From Elainellaceae cyanobacterium (lineage in GTDB: Bacteria; Cyanobacteriota; Cyanobacteriia; CAZCXK01): 50,971 nt of DNA. The DNA lies in the NCBI GenBank assembly GCA_051117555.1, contig JBNPEG010000128.1:1-50971 (forward strand). The letters run 5' to 3'. The notes beneath the pieces are model-generated. The model made no database searches, was not told where the DNA came from, and saw only the letters and a list, made by a program, of their open reading frames with translations. How positions within the stretch are numbered: position 1 is the stretch's first letter; each line of letters starts with the position of its first letter. The translations under genes were made by a program, and so were the position numbers. Below, piece by piece: positions 40,667-50,971 of the stretch.

Positions 40667-40744
40667 TCGATATTACGTAGCCTGACGCTTTCGTGGTAGA
40701 CCGTCTAGGCGTGTGAGCAGACAGCGGAATTTCTTCCTGAAGAT

Positions 40745-40839
40745 TATTACGAAGTGCAATTGCGTCAAGTACAGAAACGGTGGTGTAGGGCACGCCGCGC
40801 CCCACACCACCGTACTTAACCCAAGTGCATACCGCTATA
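40745..40839. repeat. Degenerate palindromic MITE-like element with TA ends
   Basis: TATTACGAAGTGCAATTGCGTCAAGTAC versus reverse complement TATAGCGGTATGCACTTGGGTTAAGTAC, plus inner stem ACGGTGGTGT...ACACCACCGT. Confidence 0.5.
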
Positions 40840-40850
40840 TCCATATCCAT

Positions 40851-40880
40851 AAAGGGGTGGGCAACTGCCCACCTTTTTTT
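40851..40880. terminator. Intrinsic, possibly bidirectional terminator
   Basis: AAAGGGGTGGGC-AACT-GCCCACCTTTTTTT between convergent pntB and the permease gene. Confidence 0.7.
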
Positions 40881-40943
40881 AGGCATTAACTGGGCAAACA
40901 ATGCATGCGTCCGCTGATCCCAGCAGTTTATGTCTTTTATGGT

Positions 40944-41753
40944 CTACATCTTTTGTCGTTGCGAAAAGGTGTTGTAAGCGGTGAAGGCGATCGCAATCAT
41001 GCAAAAGGAAAATACCGTCGTCAGTGTCCCTAACGCATATAGGGCAGGCGATGTGACATTGGTGGTCATCCCGAAGATTTCGAGCGGGAGAGTATTATCT
41101 TGACCTGACACTAAGGACGTGCGCGTGAACTCGTCATATGACAGGGTAAAGCCTAAAATACCCACGCCAATGAGTGCAGGCAGAATTAGGGGAAAGACGA
41201 TTTCCCAAAACGTCTTGACATCACCCGCGCCCAAATCTCGGGAGGCTTCTTCATAGGATGGGTCGAATCGATTGAAGACCCCAATCATAATTAGAAATGC
41301 AAACGGCACCGTCCACGTCATATGGGCTCCAAGCCCTGACGAAAACCAGTTGGTTTGAATGCCAAGTACTTGAAAGGTGACCCCAATTCCTAATGAGATC
41401 AGGATGCTCGGCACAATCAAACTAGCAATCGTCAAATAGAAAATAATGCTTGCTCCCTTAAAGCGTTTGCGAAACGCCAAACCCGCGAGGACGCTGACCG
41501 TGATTGATAGCAGCGTGACAACCAGCCCTAAAATGAGCGATCGCTGAAAGGCATCCACAAAATTCCCGACTCGCTGTTCTTGAAATACTTGCCCTAGCCA
41601 ATAAAAGCTAAATCCTCGCATCGGAAAGGTGAGATTTCCTTCGGGGCCCTGCAACGACAAGATGAAAATTCCGATCATCGGCCCGTAGAGGAACAAGACA
41701 AATAGCCCAAAGAAGATGGCAAGAAAATAGAAGGAGAGGGGTTTCTTTCTCAT
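40944..41753 (-). CDS. ABC transporter permease (PotC-like)
   Basis: FLYGP, EEASRDLGA EAA loop, FTLSYDEF, TLPLEIF. Confidence 0.9.
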   Translation of the reverse strand: MRKKPLSFYFLAIFFGLFVLFLYGPMIGIFILSLQGPEGNLTFPMRGFSFYWLGQVFQEQRVGNFVDAFQRSLILGLVVTLLSITVSVLAGLAFRKRFKGASIIFYLTIASLIVPSILISLGIGVTFQVLGIQTNWFSSGLGAHMTWTVPFAFLIMIGVFNRFDPSYEEASRDLGAGDVKTFWEIVFPLILPALIGVGILGFTLSYDEFTRTSLVSGQDNTLPLEIFGMTTNVTSPALYALGTLTTVFSFCMIAIAFTAYNTFSQRQKM

Positions 41754-42138
41754 GGTTGCACGAGTTGAGAGTTAGGGCTTATTACAAAATTCTAGATTGA
41801 TAACCAACGTACTCTCCTGTGAATTCACTATCTGTATCGTTAGCTGCGACGTTTTACAGCCCGTAAGGCTATAACAATCACCCAAAATAATAAAGCCTGT
41901 AATCTCGACAGTGCAGATTAATGTTGCCGGTGATGAGATTTAGTTGTCAGATTTGGATGAGAGGCGATCGCGCACGACGAGCCCAACAAAAACGGCAACG
42001 GTCAGTGTAAGTGAGATTCCGGCGATCGCCAATAACTGAATCCAGCTAAATGATTCCATAGGCTGCTCACACCCGGTGTTCAAAGAACCTGTAACACGCC
42101 AGTCGATCCATAATGAATCAGATTATGCATTCTGACAC

Positions 42139-42555
42139 ATGAACTGTACCATTCGACGCCAAATCACAATTGCTCTTGAAAACTATCCAGGACGCTTAGC
42201 GGCCATTTCAAGCCTGATGGCAAAACAGGGCATCAATATCGAAGCCCTCACCCTCATTGACAATATTGAGCAGGGAGTCATTCGGCTGTTAACCAGCGAT
42301 CCGGCTGTTTGCAAATCATTGCTAACAGACCAGGGATTCTACACCATCGAAGCCGATGTGTTAGTCGTTGATCTCCAAGATGACTTAGGTCAGCTTGCTC
42401 TAGTCAGCCAAACGTTGGCCGATGCCAAAATCAATATTGACTATGCCTATGGCAGCGTAGCGCGTCCTGGCGATACCACCCGGATTGTGTTCAAAGTCTC
42501 TGATATTCAGCGAGCCTTTGAACTGATTGCACGCTTAACCACGGAGAGGAGTTAA
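42139..42555 (+). CDS. Tandem ACT-domain protein
   Basis: LENYPGRLA...GINIE and DDLGQLA...INIDYAY. Confidence 0.85.
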   Translation: MNCTIRRQITIALENYPGRLAAISSLMAKQGINIEALTLIDNIEQGVIRLLTSDPAVCKSLLTDQGFYTIEADVLVVDLQDDLGQLALVSQTLADAKINIDYAYGSVARPGDTTRIVFKVSDIQRAFELIARLTTERS

Positions 42556-42558
42556 GCC

Positions 42559-43737
42559 GTGGCGCCGATAATTCCAGGGATGTTTGGCATTCTACCGTCA
42601 GGAGCACTGGGGGTCGGATTTTTCTATCACTTAACGGATCAGTTGACCCGGATGACGAATGATGTGGTTTTTATCGAACGCCGAGGATCGTTAAGCGCCC
42701 AAGCTCTCCGAGAAAGCGGCACTCTCTCAATTGCCACACCTAACGGCATTGCCTCGATCCCGACGGATATGGTGCTCAAACCTGACTTGATTAGGTGTTA
42801 TGAGTCTAGAGAGGTGCCTGAGGTTATTCTCATTTGTCCGAATCCCGATCAGCTTCTCGGCGTCATCACAACCAGTATTGAACTCGTGATTCGACTGCAT
42901 GAAGCCGACCAGCTTTTTCAAGACCCGCTCCCGTTTCCAACTCTTGTTTTTTGCTCAAATGGCATTTATTTTCAGCGATTTCGGCAGATTTTTATCGAAA
43001 AGCTCGAAGAAGCTACCTTATTCGGGCGTTTACCTGACTTGTGGTCAGGTACTATGCCTAGCCTCGTCAGCCGATTTTTGCGGGGCGTGACGATTCAAAC
43101 CGGGGTGCGAGATGGGAGTGGAGAACATACTATATACCGTCCGGGGCCGCGCGGTCTGACGCGCGTTGCTGGAGGAAACGACGCCACTCAGCGACGATGC
43201 TGCCACCTGCTTACTGAGAAGGGCGGTTGGTTTGAACAGGGGGGCGATCGCACTCCCACCCGGCTTGAGTTTGACAAAGCGCTGGTGAATCTTGCCTGTA
43301 ATCTCTTAGGACAGATTTACGCCATTGACAATACCGGACACTTTCGATCGCTAACCGTGGGTGACATTGCGATTTCGTCTCATCGGGATCGCATCCGAGA
43401 ACTGGCTCATCATGTTTTTACCGTTGGGCAGCATGTAAACGCCTATTCGACGAGTGAAGAATTTGACACGATCTATCACCACCTCATGCAGGTCTGTGAA
43501 GCGCATGCCGATCATGTTCCGTCGAGCCTGCAATGGGTTGAGACAAATCTGCGACAAGGGCGGCTTAAGGCTGAAATTACTCCTACCGAAGGCTGGCTCA
43601 TCGAACCCCTGATCCGCTATGCCAAAGCCTCGGATTTGTCTGAAACCGTCCGCTATTTTGAGGCTCTAAAGCGTGAACTCCTACAAAAGCTGGAGCGGGC
43701 GATCGCAGCATCAGCCGTCAAACACGCATCGATTTAA
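42559..43737 (+). CDS. Divergent ketopantoate-reductase-like (ApbA-fold) protein
   Basis: Degenerate Rossmann loop PSGALG, SNG, KALVNLACNLL, PSSLQ, TE motifs spaced as in ApbA. Confidence 0.5.
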   Translation: MAPIIPGMFGILPSGALGVGFFYHLTDQLTRMTNDVVFIERRGSLSAQALRESGTLSIATPNGIASIPTDMVLKPDLIRCYESREVPEVILICPNPDQLLGVITTSIELVIRLHEADQLFQDPLPFPTLVFCSNGIYFQRFRQIFIEKLEEATLFGRLPDLWSGTMPSLVSRFLRGVTIQTGVRDGSGEHTIYRPGPRGLTRVAGGNDATQRRCCHLLTEKGGWFEQGGDRTPTRLEFDKALVNLACNLLGQIYAIDNTGHFRSLTVGDIAISSHRDRIRELAHHVFTVGQHVNAYSTSEEFDTIYHHLMQVCEAHADHVPSSLQWVETNLRQGRLKAEITPTEGWLIEPLIRYAKASDLSETVRYFEALKRELLQKLERAIAASAVKHASI

Positions 43738-43741
43738 TACC

Positions 43742-43764
43742 AATTTTGGATTTTGGATTTTGGA
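43742..43764. repeat. STRR-like heptamer tandem repeat
   Basis: (ATTTTGG)x3 between convergent genes. Confidence 0.7.
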
Positions 43765-43873
43765 CTTACGGACATCCATGCTGAAAAGGCTGAAATGATT
43801 CCAGCTTTTGCAGTTGTAGTGCTTATTTACAGAAATGGCTATATCAGAACGATTAACTGACTCGCTCGATGGA

Positions 43874-45148
43874 TTATTCCGGCTGTTGCTCGTCTGAATC
43901 ACCTGGGCTTTCAAATCGCTGCATTCTGGGACTCCGCGTCGAATTCAGAATACGATACCGTTCCTCATTCGGCACAGGCATCGCCGGGATGCTTTGAGAT
44001 GACGAGGGTACAGCCGCTTGCTGATATGAGGCGTAGTTTAAAATCTGAGCAATTTGTACCTGTTGCTGGAGTTGCTGCGTTGATGACAACAAATTGCTGA
44101 GCCCATCTATCAAATCTCGGACATTCCGCCGAAAGGCGGGATCGCCCGTTAGCTGATCAAGATCTGCCGTAATCTTCTGAGCATTTTGAAAGGTTGCGCT
44201 GGCAGAATCCAAGGTCTGCTGAATTAGCACCATATTGTCAGGACTGAGAACCGATTGAGACAAATTTTCTAAATTCTCAGATGCCGATGCCGCATTGGCA
44301 GCCAGCAGTTCCAGGTTGTTCAGCAATTCTCCCTCTTCAATCACCGGGGCGATCGAGTTGACAATGCGTTGGACGCCGCTACTCGCCAGATCGAGCTGAT
44401 TCAGAATATCAACCAGAGCAGTCCGGTTTTCAGCGAGAAGGGTGTTGATTTGAGAGGCGGTGATTCCAAACTGATCGACCGCCTGACTCACAGAATCTGC
44501 TGTATTAGACGCGGATCGGGAGAGCGCCGTGAGTTCTCCCTCAAGAGATTCGCTGAGACTGACGATTTCGTCGGTGAGAACGGCTACTCCCTCTGCTGCA
44601 TCGGACGTGTTGCTGACCAGTGCTTTAATTTCGTTGACAATCTCTGGATCATCAAATCTCTCCGCAAGGCGAGCAGTTGTGCGAATCAGCGTGTCGTAGC
44701 TGACCCCCACCCGACCTTGTAAAACTGCCCCGTCACAAATAATTAAGCTGCGATCGCAATTTTCAGATAGCGGGCTCATATCAGTTGCTTCGGGAGGCAA
44801 CTCGCTGAGCGGTACGATATCAATCGAGGTTTCTCCTACAAGCCCAACTTGGTTGGCTTCAACGATGACATCGCTAGGAATCACAAACCGAGACCGGGCA
44901 ATCTCGATTAAGACTTCAGCCACATTGGCTTGAGGGCGTACTGAGCGAATTCTGCCTACATTGACTCCTCGATAGCGCACAGGAGCCCCAGGCTGCATGC
45001 CAGCAACCGATTCAAATTCTACAATGGCTTCGTAACTGCGACTGCCAAGATTGAGCCCCCGAATCCAAAGAATTAGTCCGCCCAGGGCTGCTAACCCGAT
45101 GATGATGAGCAAGCCAACAGAGCCCTCTCGAATCGTTCGCGATTGCAT
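43874..45148 (-). CDS. MlaD/MCE family protein
   Basis: REGSVGL, TM helix, GMQPGAPVRYRGVNVG, GLVGETSIDI, long helical C-terminus. Confidence 0.92.
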   Translation of the reverse strand: MQSRTIREGSVGLLIIIGLAALGGLILWIRGLNLGSRSYEAIVEFESVAGMQPGAPVRYRGVNVGRIRSVRPQANVAEVLIEIARSRFVIPSDVIVEANQVGLVGETSIDIVPLSELPPEATDMSPLSENCDRSLIICDGAVLQGRVGVSYDTLIRTTARLAERFDDPEIVNEIKALVSNTSDAAEGVAVLTDEIVSLSESLEGELTALSRSASNTADSVSQAVDQFGITASQINTLLAENRTALVDILNQLDLASSGVQRIVNSIAPVIEEGELLNNLELLAANAASASENLENLSQSVLSPDNMVLIQQTLDSASATFQNAQKITADLDQLTGDPAFRRNVRDLIDGLSNLLSSTQQLQQQVQIAQILNYASYQQAAVPSSSQSIPAMPVPNEERYRILNSTRSPRMQRFESPGDSDEQQPE

Positions 45149-45238
45149 GATTTTTCCTCACAACAGTTGGGGGTTGCAACGGTCGTTTTACTACACCAGT
45201 TGCAGGAATATGTCGGTATCGACGAATGACTGCAAACC

Positions 45239-46021
45239 CTACGCTAAGACTTGAATCGGTCCTTCCAAGCTACCACTAAAGAACTGTCGAATCAGGGGAT
45301 GATCGGTGGTGTTAGCGTCTTTAACTGACCCTTGCCACTGGATTTTTCCTCGATACATAAATATGATTCGGTCAGCCGTGCGTTGAATGGTGCTATGTTG
45401 GTGAGTCACAATCACATAGGTTCCACACCCACTCTTATGGCATTGGATATCTCGAATCAAGTCTTCAATCACAGTGGAGGCGATGGGGTCAAGTCCAGCC
45501 GTTGGTTCGTCATACAACAGGACCTCAGGGCTATCAGACGGGCTGTCAGGATTGGCAATAATCGCACGAGCAAAACTAACCCGTTTCCGCATCCCTCCCG
45601 ACAACGAAGCCGGATACTGGGACGAGATTCCAGAGAGCCCGACCATTTCTAGAGAATCTTCGACTAGTTCGTGAATTCGGCGGGCGGGCAGATTGGAGTG
45701 CTCGTATAGAAGGAATCCAACATTTTCGTCAACGGTCAGCGAATCAAACAGGGCAGCCTGTTGGAAGACCATTCCGATCCCGATTGAGTCAGGCGAATCT
45801 TCAACCAGCCCGGCTCGCTTTTTCCCCTGGATATAAATTTCGCCCGAATCAGGAAGGAGCAACCCCGCAATAATTCTCAAAATTGTGGATTTACCTGTCC
45901 CAGACGGACCAATGATGGCAACAGCTTCTCCTCGATGGATGGTTAGATCGACGTCATCTAAAACCGTGTTCGACCCAAATCGTTTACTGACGCCTCTAAG
46001 CTCAATCAGCGGTTCGTTCAT
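45239..46021 (-). CDS. ABC ATP-binding protein, MlaF/TGD3-like
   Basis: GPSGTGKS, FQQAALFDSL, LSGGMRKRVSFARA, YDEPTAGLDP; upstream of the MCE gene. Confidence 0.93.
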   Translation of the reverse strand: MNEPLIELRGVSKRFGSNTVLDDVDLTIHRGEAVAIIGPSGTGKSTILRIIAGLLLPDSGEIYIQGKKRAGLVEDSPDSIGIGMVFQQAALFDSLTVDENVGFLLYEHSNLPARRIHELVEDSLEMVGLSGISSQYPASLSGGMRKRVSFARAIIANPDSPSDSPEVLLYDEPTAGLDPIASTVIEDLIRDIQCHKSGCGTYVIVTHQHSTIQRTADRIIFMYRGKIQWQGSVKDANTTDHPLIRQFFSGSLEGPIQVLA

Positions 46022-46179
46022 ACATCATCAAAAGTGAACACATACAAATAGAATCTTTGTTCCATAGTTTAGATCTTGTAATGGGCGAGTCGACATCCAC
46101 CGATCGGGCAAAAGCGATCGCCATTGGGGGTAAGATGCACACCGTCTAAAGAGGGCTTCCATACTCGGAGTATCTGAAC

Positions 46180-46217
46180 TCGCAGTATTGCTGTGAGATA
46201 CAGCAGCAATACTGCGA
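46180..46217. other. 14-bp perfect stem-loop in intergenic region
   Basis: TCGCAGTATTGCTG ... CAGCAATACTGCGA. Confidence 0.6.
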
Positions 46218-46845
46218 TGCCATCGAACACCCATAGTAACGCGTTTGTATCCCGTTATCGTCACTCAAGCAGTCTTGGCTACTATCGAGCCTGATTGCGG
46301 TAGTTAGCATTTTGATTAATGAACTGTGGGTTTCCCATGATTTGATAATGACTGAAGTCAGCAATACATAATCAATTAGTTATGGTGAGAGGTAATGATT
46401 AAGCCCGACTGAGAGTAAAATTGAGGATCACTTAATTTTATAAATGACTCAGCAACCCATAAATCTACATTATGACGATTTGGTCTGGAGCGTTTGACAT
46501 CGGTGTCGTTCTAGGTGTCGTTCTAGATGTATGGTCTCCTTAAAATTCAATAAATTAACCGTAAACTTGAGTCTTGTGTCTAGTTTTAGTGGTTTTATGC
46601 GGATAGAGAACGTAACTAGACGGACAATCAATCAGATGCTATGAGCACGATCCTTCATCCAACCTAAAGCGAATGAGTATTAGGGTTCAAGTCTCAAGTT
46701 TTAGGCTCTAAGTTCCAGGACTTAGGTTTCAAATTTCAATGTTTGAATTAAGCTGTTCATTCAATACCCGATATTCAGAAATATTCAGATATCTAGAACA
46801 ATACTTGTCTCCTAAGTATTCCAGCCCAATACTACGTTCAATAGT

Positions 46846-48243
46846 GTGTCGGGTGACCCTGGGTCACCCCTGTCGAAGTCAGTCATGCAAAATAAGTTAT
46901 TAAAACGAACGCTAAAGTATCTCAAACACGAATCCAGTTACCGTGCTCCCAGCCGCGTCAATCAATGGTTTAAGTGGCTAGCTCCTGGTTTGTTTGTTAA
47001 GCGTTGGCTATTCATCAGTGCACTTGGGGTTGTATTACTCGGGTTGGGGTTGGCGATTTGGGCAAACCGCACACCGGTTTTTTATTTGGGGCAATTCATT
47101 GCGCGATCGCTGCGATTTGTCACCGAACTTGTGCCGAACTATGTGAGCGGTCCGATTGTGTTAGCCGTTGGGTTGCTGTTGCTGGTACTTGGGCAGTCGC
47201 GCACGCTCAACGCCATCACTGAGGTATTGATGCCCGAAGGCGAAGAAGAACTGATTGACGTGCTAACCACCTATCGTCGCCTAAATCGAGGGCCTAAGAT
47301 TGTTGTGATTGGTGGCGGAACCGGGTTATCAACCCTGTTGCGAGGGTTAAAGAAATATAGCGCCAATATTACAGCCATTGTGACGGTCGCCGATGATGGC
47401 GGTTCATCCGGACGACTCAGGCGAGAAATTGGGGTGCTGCCCCCAGGCGATATTCGCAACTGTATTGCGGCCCTCGCCGACGAAGAAAAACTGCTGACCG
47501 AATTGTTTCAGTATCGATTTCGGGCTGGAAATGGATTAGTCGGGCATAGCTTTGGCAATTTATTTTTAACGGCGATGAGCGAGGTTACGGGGGATTTGGA
47601 ACGGGCAATCGCAGCAAGTTCTAAGGTATTAGCCGTACGCGGCCAGGTCCTACCTGCCACACTCATCGACATGCGCCTCTGGGCAGAGCTTTCTGACGGA
47701 CGCCGCATCGAAGGAGAATCGAGCATCACTGAGGCGAATGGCACGATTGTCAGAATTGGCTGTACACCGTCTAATCCTCCCGCGCTGCCGCGCGCAGCAC
47801 AAGCCATTCGCGAAGCCGACTTTATTGTGATTGGTCCAGGCAGTTTATATACCAGCGTTATCCCTAATTTGCTAGTGCCCGAAATTGCAGAGGCGATCGC
47901 CGAACGAGACGTGCCGCGCATTTATGTCTGCAATATTATGACCCAGCCTGGAGAAACCCAAGGCTATGCGGTGTCTGACCACATTCGCATGATTGATCAA
48001 GCCTGTGGGCGCAAGCTATTCGATGCCGTCTTAATCCATAAAAAGACGCCATCCGCTCAAGCTCTGATTCGCTATGCCCAAGAAGGTTCTCATCCGGTTT
48101 TCTTTGACCGCGAGGGCGTGCTGCAATCAGGGCGACGCATTGTCATCGCTAATGTCATGCATGAAGACCCTCACTCGAATCTAGTTCGACATGATTCAAA
48201 TCGTTTGGCAGGGATTTTGTTTCGGTGGTATAGCAGGCGGTGA
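46846..48243 (+). CDS. yvcK: YvcK/GlmR (CofD-like, UDP-GlcNAc-binding) protein with N-terminal TM region
   Basis: [45 protein letters not shown]. Confidence 0.92.
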   Translation: MSGDPGSPLSKSVMQNKLLKRTLKYLKHESSYRAPSRVNQWFKWLAPGLFVKRWLFISALGVVLLGLGLAIWANRTPVFYLGQFIARSLRFVTELVPNYVSGPIVLAVGLLLLVLGQSRTLNAITEVLMPEGEEELIDVLTTYRRLNRGPKIVVIGGGTGLSTLLRGLKKYSANITAIVTVADDGGSSGRLRREIGVLPPGDIRNCIAALADEEKLLTELFQYRFRAGNGLVGHSFGNLFLTAMSEVTGDLERAIAASSKVLAVRGQVLPATLIDMRLWAELSDGRRIEGESSITEANGTIVRIGCTPSNPPALPRAAQAIREADFIVIGPGSLYTSVIPNLLVPEIAEAIAERDVPRIYVCNIMTQPGETQGYAVSDHIRMIDQACGRKLFDAVLIHKKTPSAQALIRYAQEGSHPVFFDREGVLQSGRRIVIANVMHEDPHSNLVRHDSNRLAGILFRWYSRR

Positions 48244-48315
48244 GGTCTTTAAAACAGCCAGATGTTAGTCTTAAAGACGGATGTCGGGTCTGTAGAATTT
48301 TTGAAGAGTGAGCTT

Positions 48316-48909
48316 ATGTCTCAAGAGTTGCTGCGATCGCTCGTTTGGATGGATTACCGCTTAGCGCTGATCGTTACGGTGACGCTTCCCTTGGTATTGA
48401 TGGTGTGGGCGTTTGTCCGCAAAGCTGAAGCAATGCAGCGATTGCTCATCATTTATTGGCGGGTATCGAGTTTGCTGGCAATCACCGTCTATTTGATGAT
48501 TGGCAATTTTCCGTTTAGTTTTGGGGTGAGTTTTTTAGCTCGAATCTTGATTCCTATCGGTCTGTGGTTTTGGGTTGACCTCAATGAAGAAATTGACGAT
48601 CAGCAACGCACGCCGCTAAAGCTGACATTTACGTCGTGGCGGTGGGCGACGAGTGCCTATTGCCTGTTGGGGGCGATCGCCACGATTCCATTCCTTCAGT
48701 GTGCGATTTCCACTGCCACCTTTGATACGCCGTTCTGCCAGGTTTGGCGTGAAGCACCGCTGCTCTTTCGGGAATACTTTCACTCTGAGCTAACCCAACC
48801 CTTCTTAGGCTTTTTCGGTATTGTAGGCTTGATTATCTATGTCGCATATTTTGGATATTTTGTCTTAATTCGATTGGGTAAACGGGGTCGGTCTGCAATC
48901 GAGCACTAG
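48316..48909 (+). CDS. DUF3177-like membrane protein
   Basis: LVWMDYRLA, YWRVSSLL, LWFWVDLNEEI; start set at MSQELL. Confidence 0.75.
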   Translation: MSQELLRSLVWMDYRLALIVTVTLPLVLMVWAFVRKAEAMQRLLIIYWRVSSLLAITVYLMIGNFPFSFGVSFLARILIPIGLWFWVDLNEEIDDQQRTPLKLTFTSWRWATSAYCLLGAIATIPFLQCAISTATFDTPFCQVWREAPLLFREYFHSELTQPFLGFFGIVGLIIYVAYFGYFVLIRLGKRGRSAIEH

Positions 48910-48946
48910 ACACGGGTGGACGTTAACACCGAGAGTCAACCAACGG

Positions 48947-49255
48947 GTGAATGCAATCGTGAGCTCTATCGGTTATCGGCTAGAACAATACACCATCAAG
49001 CGTCCTCAAGAAGTGTTGATGGTGACGGCTAAGATTGGCGACGAAGACGATCAGGTTGCCATTTTCCGAGGCTTTTCGAGTTCTCTAATGCGTCCAACGG
49101 CATTTGATCCGGATACTCCAGTGTTGCCAGATGACGCTGACGTTATCGCAATTGATCGCTTAGAGGGGCCCTACAATCCATCGGAACCGCGCTACATCGA
49201 ACAGGGACTGACCTGGGAAACCATACAGCCCTTGCTAGATCAGGTCGGAGTTTAG
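48947..49255 (+). CDS. Conserved cyanobacterial/plastid hypothetical protein
   Basis: RLEQYT, IFRGFSSSLMRPTAFDPD, IDRLEGPYNP. Confidence 0.75.
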   Translation: MNAIVSSIGYRLEQYTIKRPQEVLMVTAKIGDEDDQVAIFRGFSSSLMRPTAFDPDTPVLPDDADVIAIDRLEGPYNPSEPRYIEQGLTWETIQPLLDQVGV

Positions 49256-49327
49256 GATAAGATTTAAGAATTTTTCACAGAGGTGCTATGCTCCACTGTG
49301 AGTGTGATGTGTGTGGAGTGTTTGAGC

Positions 49328-50809
49328 ATGGTTTTATCTGCTGTATCGTCCCACGGAGGGTTCCGTTCTAGTTCACAATGTGCACCTGATATTCACCCTG
49401 TTGAGATTGGAACGTGGCAACCGTTAGTGCTTCCAACGGGGCGTTTGTTTGGGACAGACGGAATTCGAGGACATGCCGGGAAGCTGCTAACCGCCTCGTT
49501 AGCGATGCAGATTGGGTTTTGGGCAGGTCGAATTCTTCAGCTCAGCGGGCAGACGGGCGCCATTATCGTGGGGCAAGATTCTCGAAATTCGAGTGACATG
49601 CTATCTCTATCACTTTCTGCTGGATTGACGGCAGCGGGGCTAGAGGTTTGGAATCTGGGTTTGTGCCCAACACCCGCAGTTGCCTATTTGACGAATGCGA
49701 CTTCTGCGAGTGGCGGTGTGATGGTATCGGCGAGCCATAACCCCCCAGAAGACAACGGCATCAAATTTTTTGGCGCGAATGGCACCAAGCTGTCACCTGA
49801 TTTGCAGGCACACATCGAAGCGTCTCTTCGAGGGCAGGCCACTCAGCCAATCAGCCATAGCGCTGAGCATTCAACACCTCACTGGAATCGGTATACGAAC
49901 CGTTCAGACTTGCTAGAGCGGTATCTCCATTCTCTCCATCAGTCATTTCATCTACCGATCGATCTCCGGGGCATGAAAATTGTGCTAGATCTCGCGTGGG
50001 GTGCAGCTACCTGCCTGGCTCCGATCGCGTTTCAAGCGACGGGAGCGGAGGTGATTTGCATTCATGACCAGCCGGATGGCGATCGCATCAATGTCAACTG
50101 TGGTTCAACTCATCTTGAGTCCTTAACAGCGGCGGTGAAAAACCAAGGTGCTGATTTGGGCTTTGCCTTTGATGGAGATGCGGATCGCGTGGTGGCTGTT
50201 GATGCTCAAGGTCGCGTGGTGGATGGAGATTATATTCTCTACCTGTGGGGCCAATCGCTGCGTGAGGCAAATCAGCTCCCCGGCAACACCATTGTCTCAA
50301 CGGTAATGGCAAACCTTGGTTTTGAGCGCGCGTGGCAAGCTCAAGGCGGAACGCTCGTTCGTACTGCGGTTGGTGATCAGCATGTTCATGCCGAAATGCT
50401 ACGTCGAGGATCTGTCTTGGGCGGCGAACAGTCCGGGCATATTCTGTGTCGCCATTACGGAATTTCAGGAGATGGGATGCTCACGGCGCTGCATCTTGCC
50501 GCGTTAGTCAACCGGTCAGGCATGTCATTGGCGGATTTAAGAGAGCAGAGCTTTAAAACCTATCCGCAACTCTTACAAAATGTACGTGTTGAGGATGGCG
50601 ATCGCCGTTTGGGATGGAACGAGTCAGATACCTTACAACGCGCCATTCTCCGTGCTGAAGCAGAGATGGGCGATCGCGGTCGAGTTCTCGTTCGGGCATC
50701 AGGTACAGAACCCGTTATTCGCGTCATGGTTGAAGCAGAAACCACTGAGCTGGTGCAGCACTGGATGCAGTATCTGGTGTCTGCCGTTCAAGACTATGCA
50801 TCTGCATAG
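49328..50809 (+). CDS. glmM: Phosphoglucosamine mutase
   Basis: [43 protein letters not shown]; start uncertain (ORF track starts at 49283). Confidence 0.95.
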   Translation: MVLSAVSSHGGFRSSSQCAPDIHPVEIGTWQPLVLPTGRLFGTDGIRGHAGKLLTASLAMQIGFWAGRILQLSGQTGAIIVGQDSRNSSDMLSLSLSAGLTAAGLEVWNLGLCPTPAVAYLTNATSASGGVMVSASHNPPEDNGIKFFGANGTKLSPDLQAHIEASLRGQATQPISHSAEHSTPHWNRYTNRSDLLERYLHSLHQSFHLPIDLRGMKIVLDLAWGAATCLAPIAFQATGAEVICIHDQPDGDRINVNCGSTHLESLTAAVKNQGADLGFAFDGDADRVVAVDAQGRVVDGDYILYLWGQSLREANQLPGNTIVSTVMANLGFERAWQAQGGTLVRTAVGDQHVHAEMLRRGSVLGGEQSGHILCRHYGISGDGMLTALHLAALVNRSGMSLADLREQSFKTYPQLLQNVRVEDGDRRLGWNESDTLQRAILRAEAEMGDRGRVLVRASGTEPVIRVMVEAETTELVQHWMQYLVSAVQDYASA

Positions 50810-50971
50810 GGGCCGTAAAGAAACAACTTCACGGTTGGATTAAAGTAGTGTTTTGACACGCCTAAAATAGTAGATACTGTTTAGGCCACTGTAGGTCAAG
50901 TGTTGTGTGGGACTAATTTAGCCGAGTCAAATTTTTCCCCTGAAGACAAGACACCGTATATGATTCGGATG

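Noticed and set aside
24178..50843. Numerous short ORFs overlapping long genes (for example within GH31, pntAB, ycf46, yvcK, glmM)
   Set aside because: They are antisense or frame-shifted shadows of well-supported genes, with no motifs.

Overview
This is a cyanobacterial chromosome segment, based on abundant HIP1 octamers (GCGATCGC), cyanobacterial-type furA, split pntA and the ycf46/yidC synteny. The left half (about 0.5-23.7 kb, all + strand, visibly AT-richer and HIP1-poorer) is a surface-polysaccharide locus between an IS66-type end and tRNA-Pro(CGG). It holds two unusual modules. (1) FkbH, ACP, an MBOAT ending in FIYFQF, two SGNH/DltD-like paralogues and a MaoC-SDR fusion; this reads as a glyceryl/lactyl-ACP supply wired into a Dlt/AlgI-type polymer acylation route. 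(2) A Kdo-like pathway built from non-Kdo parts: kdsB, an RPE-CBS fusion, a DAHP-synthase-like aldolase, a HAD phosphatase, a second kdsB and an HP-motif transferase. I infer it makes a CMP-activated 3-deoxy-heptulosonate, possibly of D-lyxo configuration. An acyltransferase-3 gene in the locus has a single in-frame TGA. The right half is mostly housekeeping: GH31-CBM20, furA with a convergent peptidoglycan-binding gene, the rpmH-rnpA-yidC-jag-yceD-ycf46 cluster, pntAB, mlaD/mlaF-like genes, yvcK and glmM, plus several MITE/REP-like palindromic elements. All calls come from motif recognition by eye; no database searches were run.
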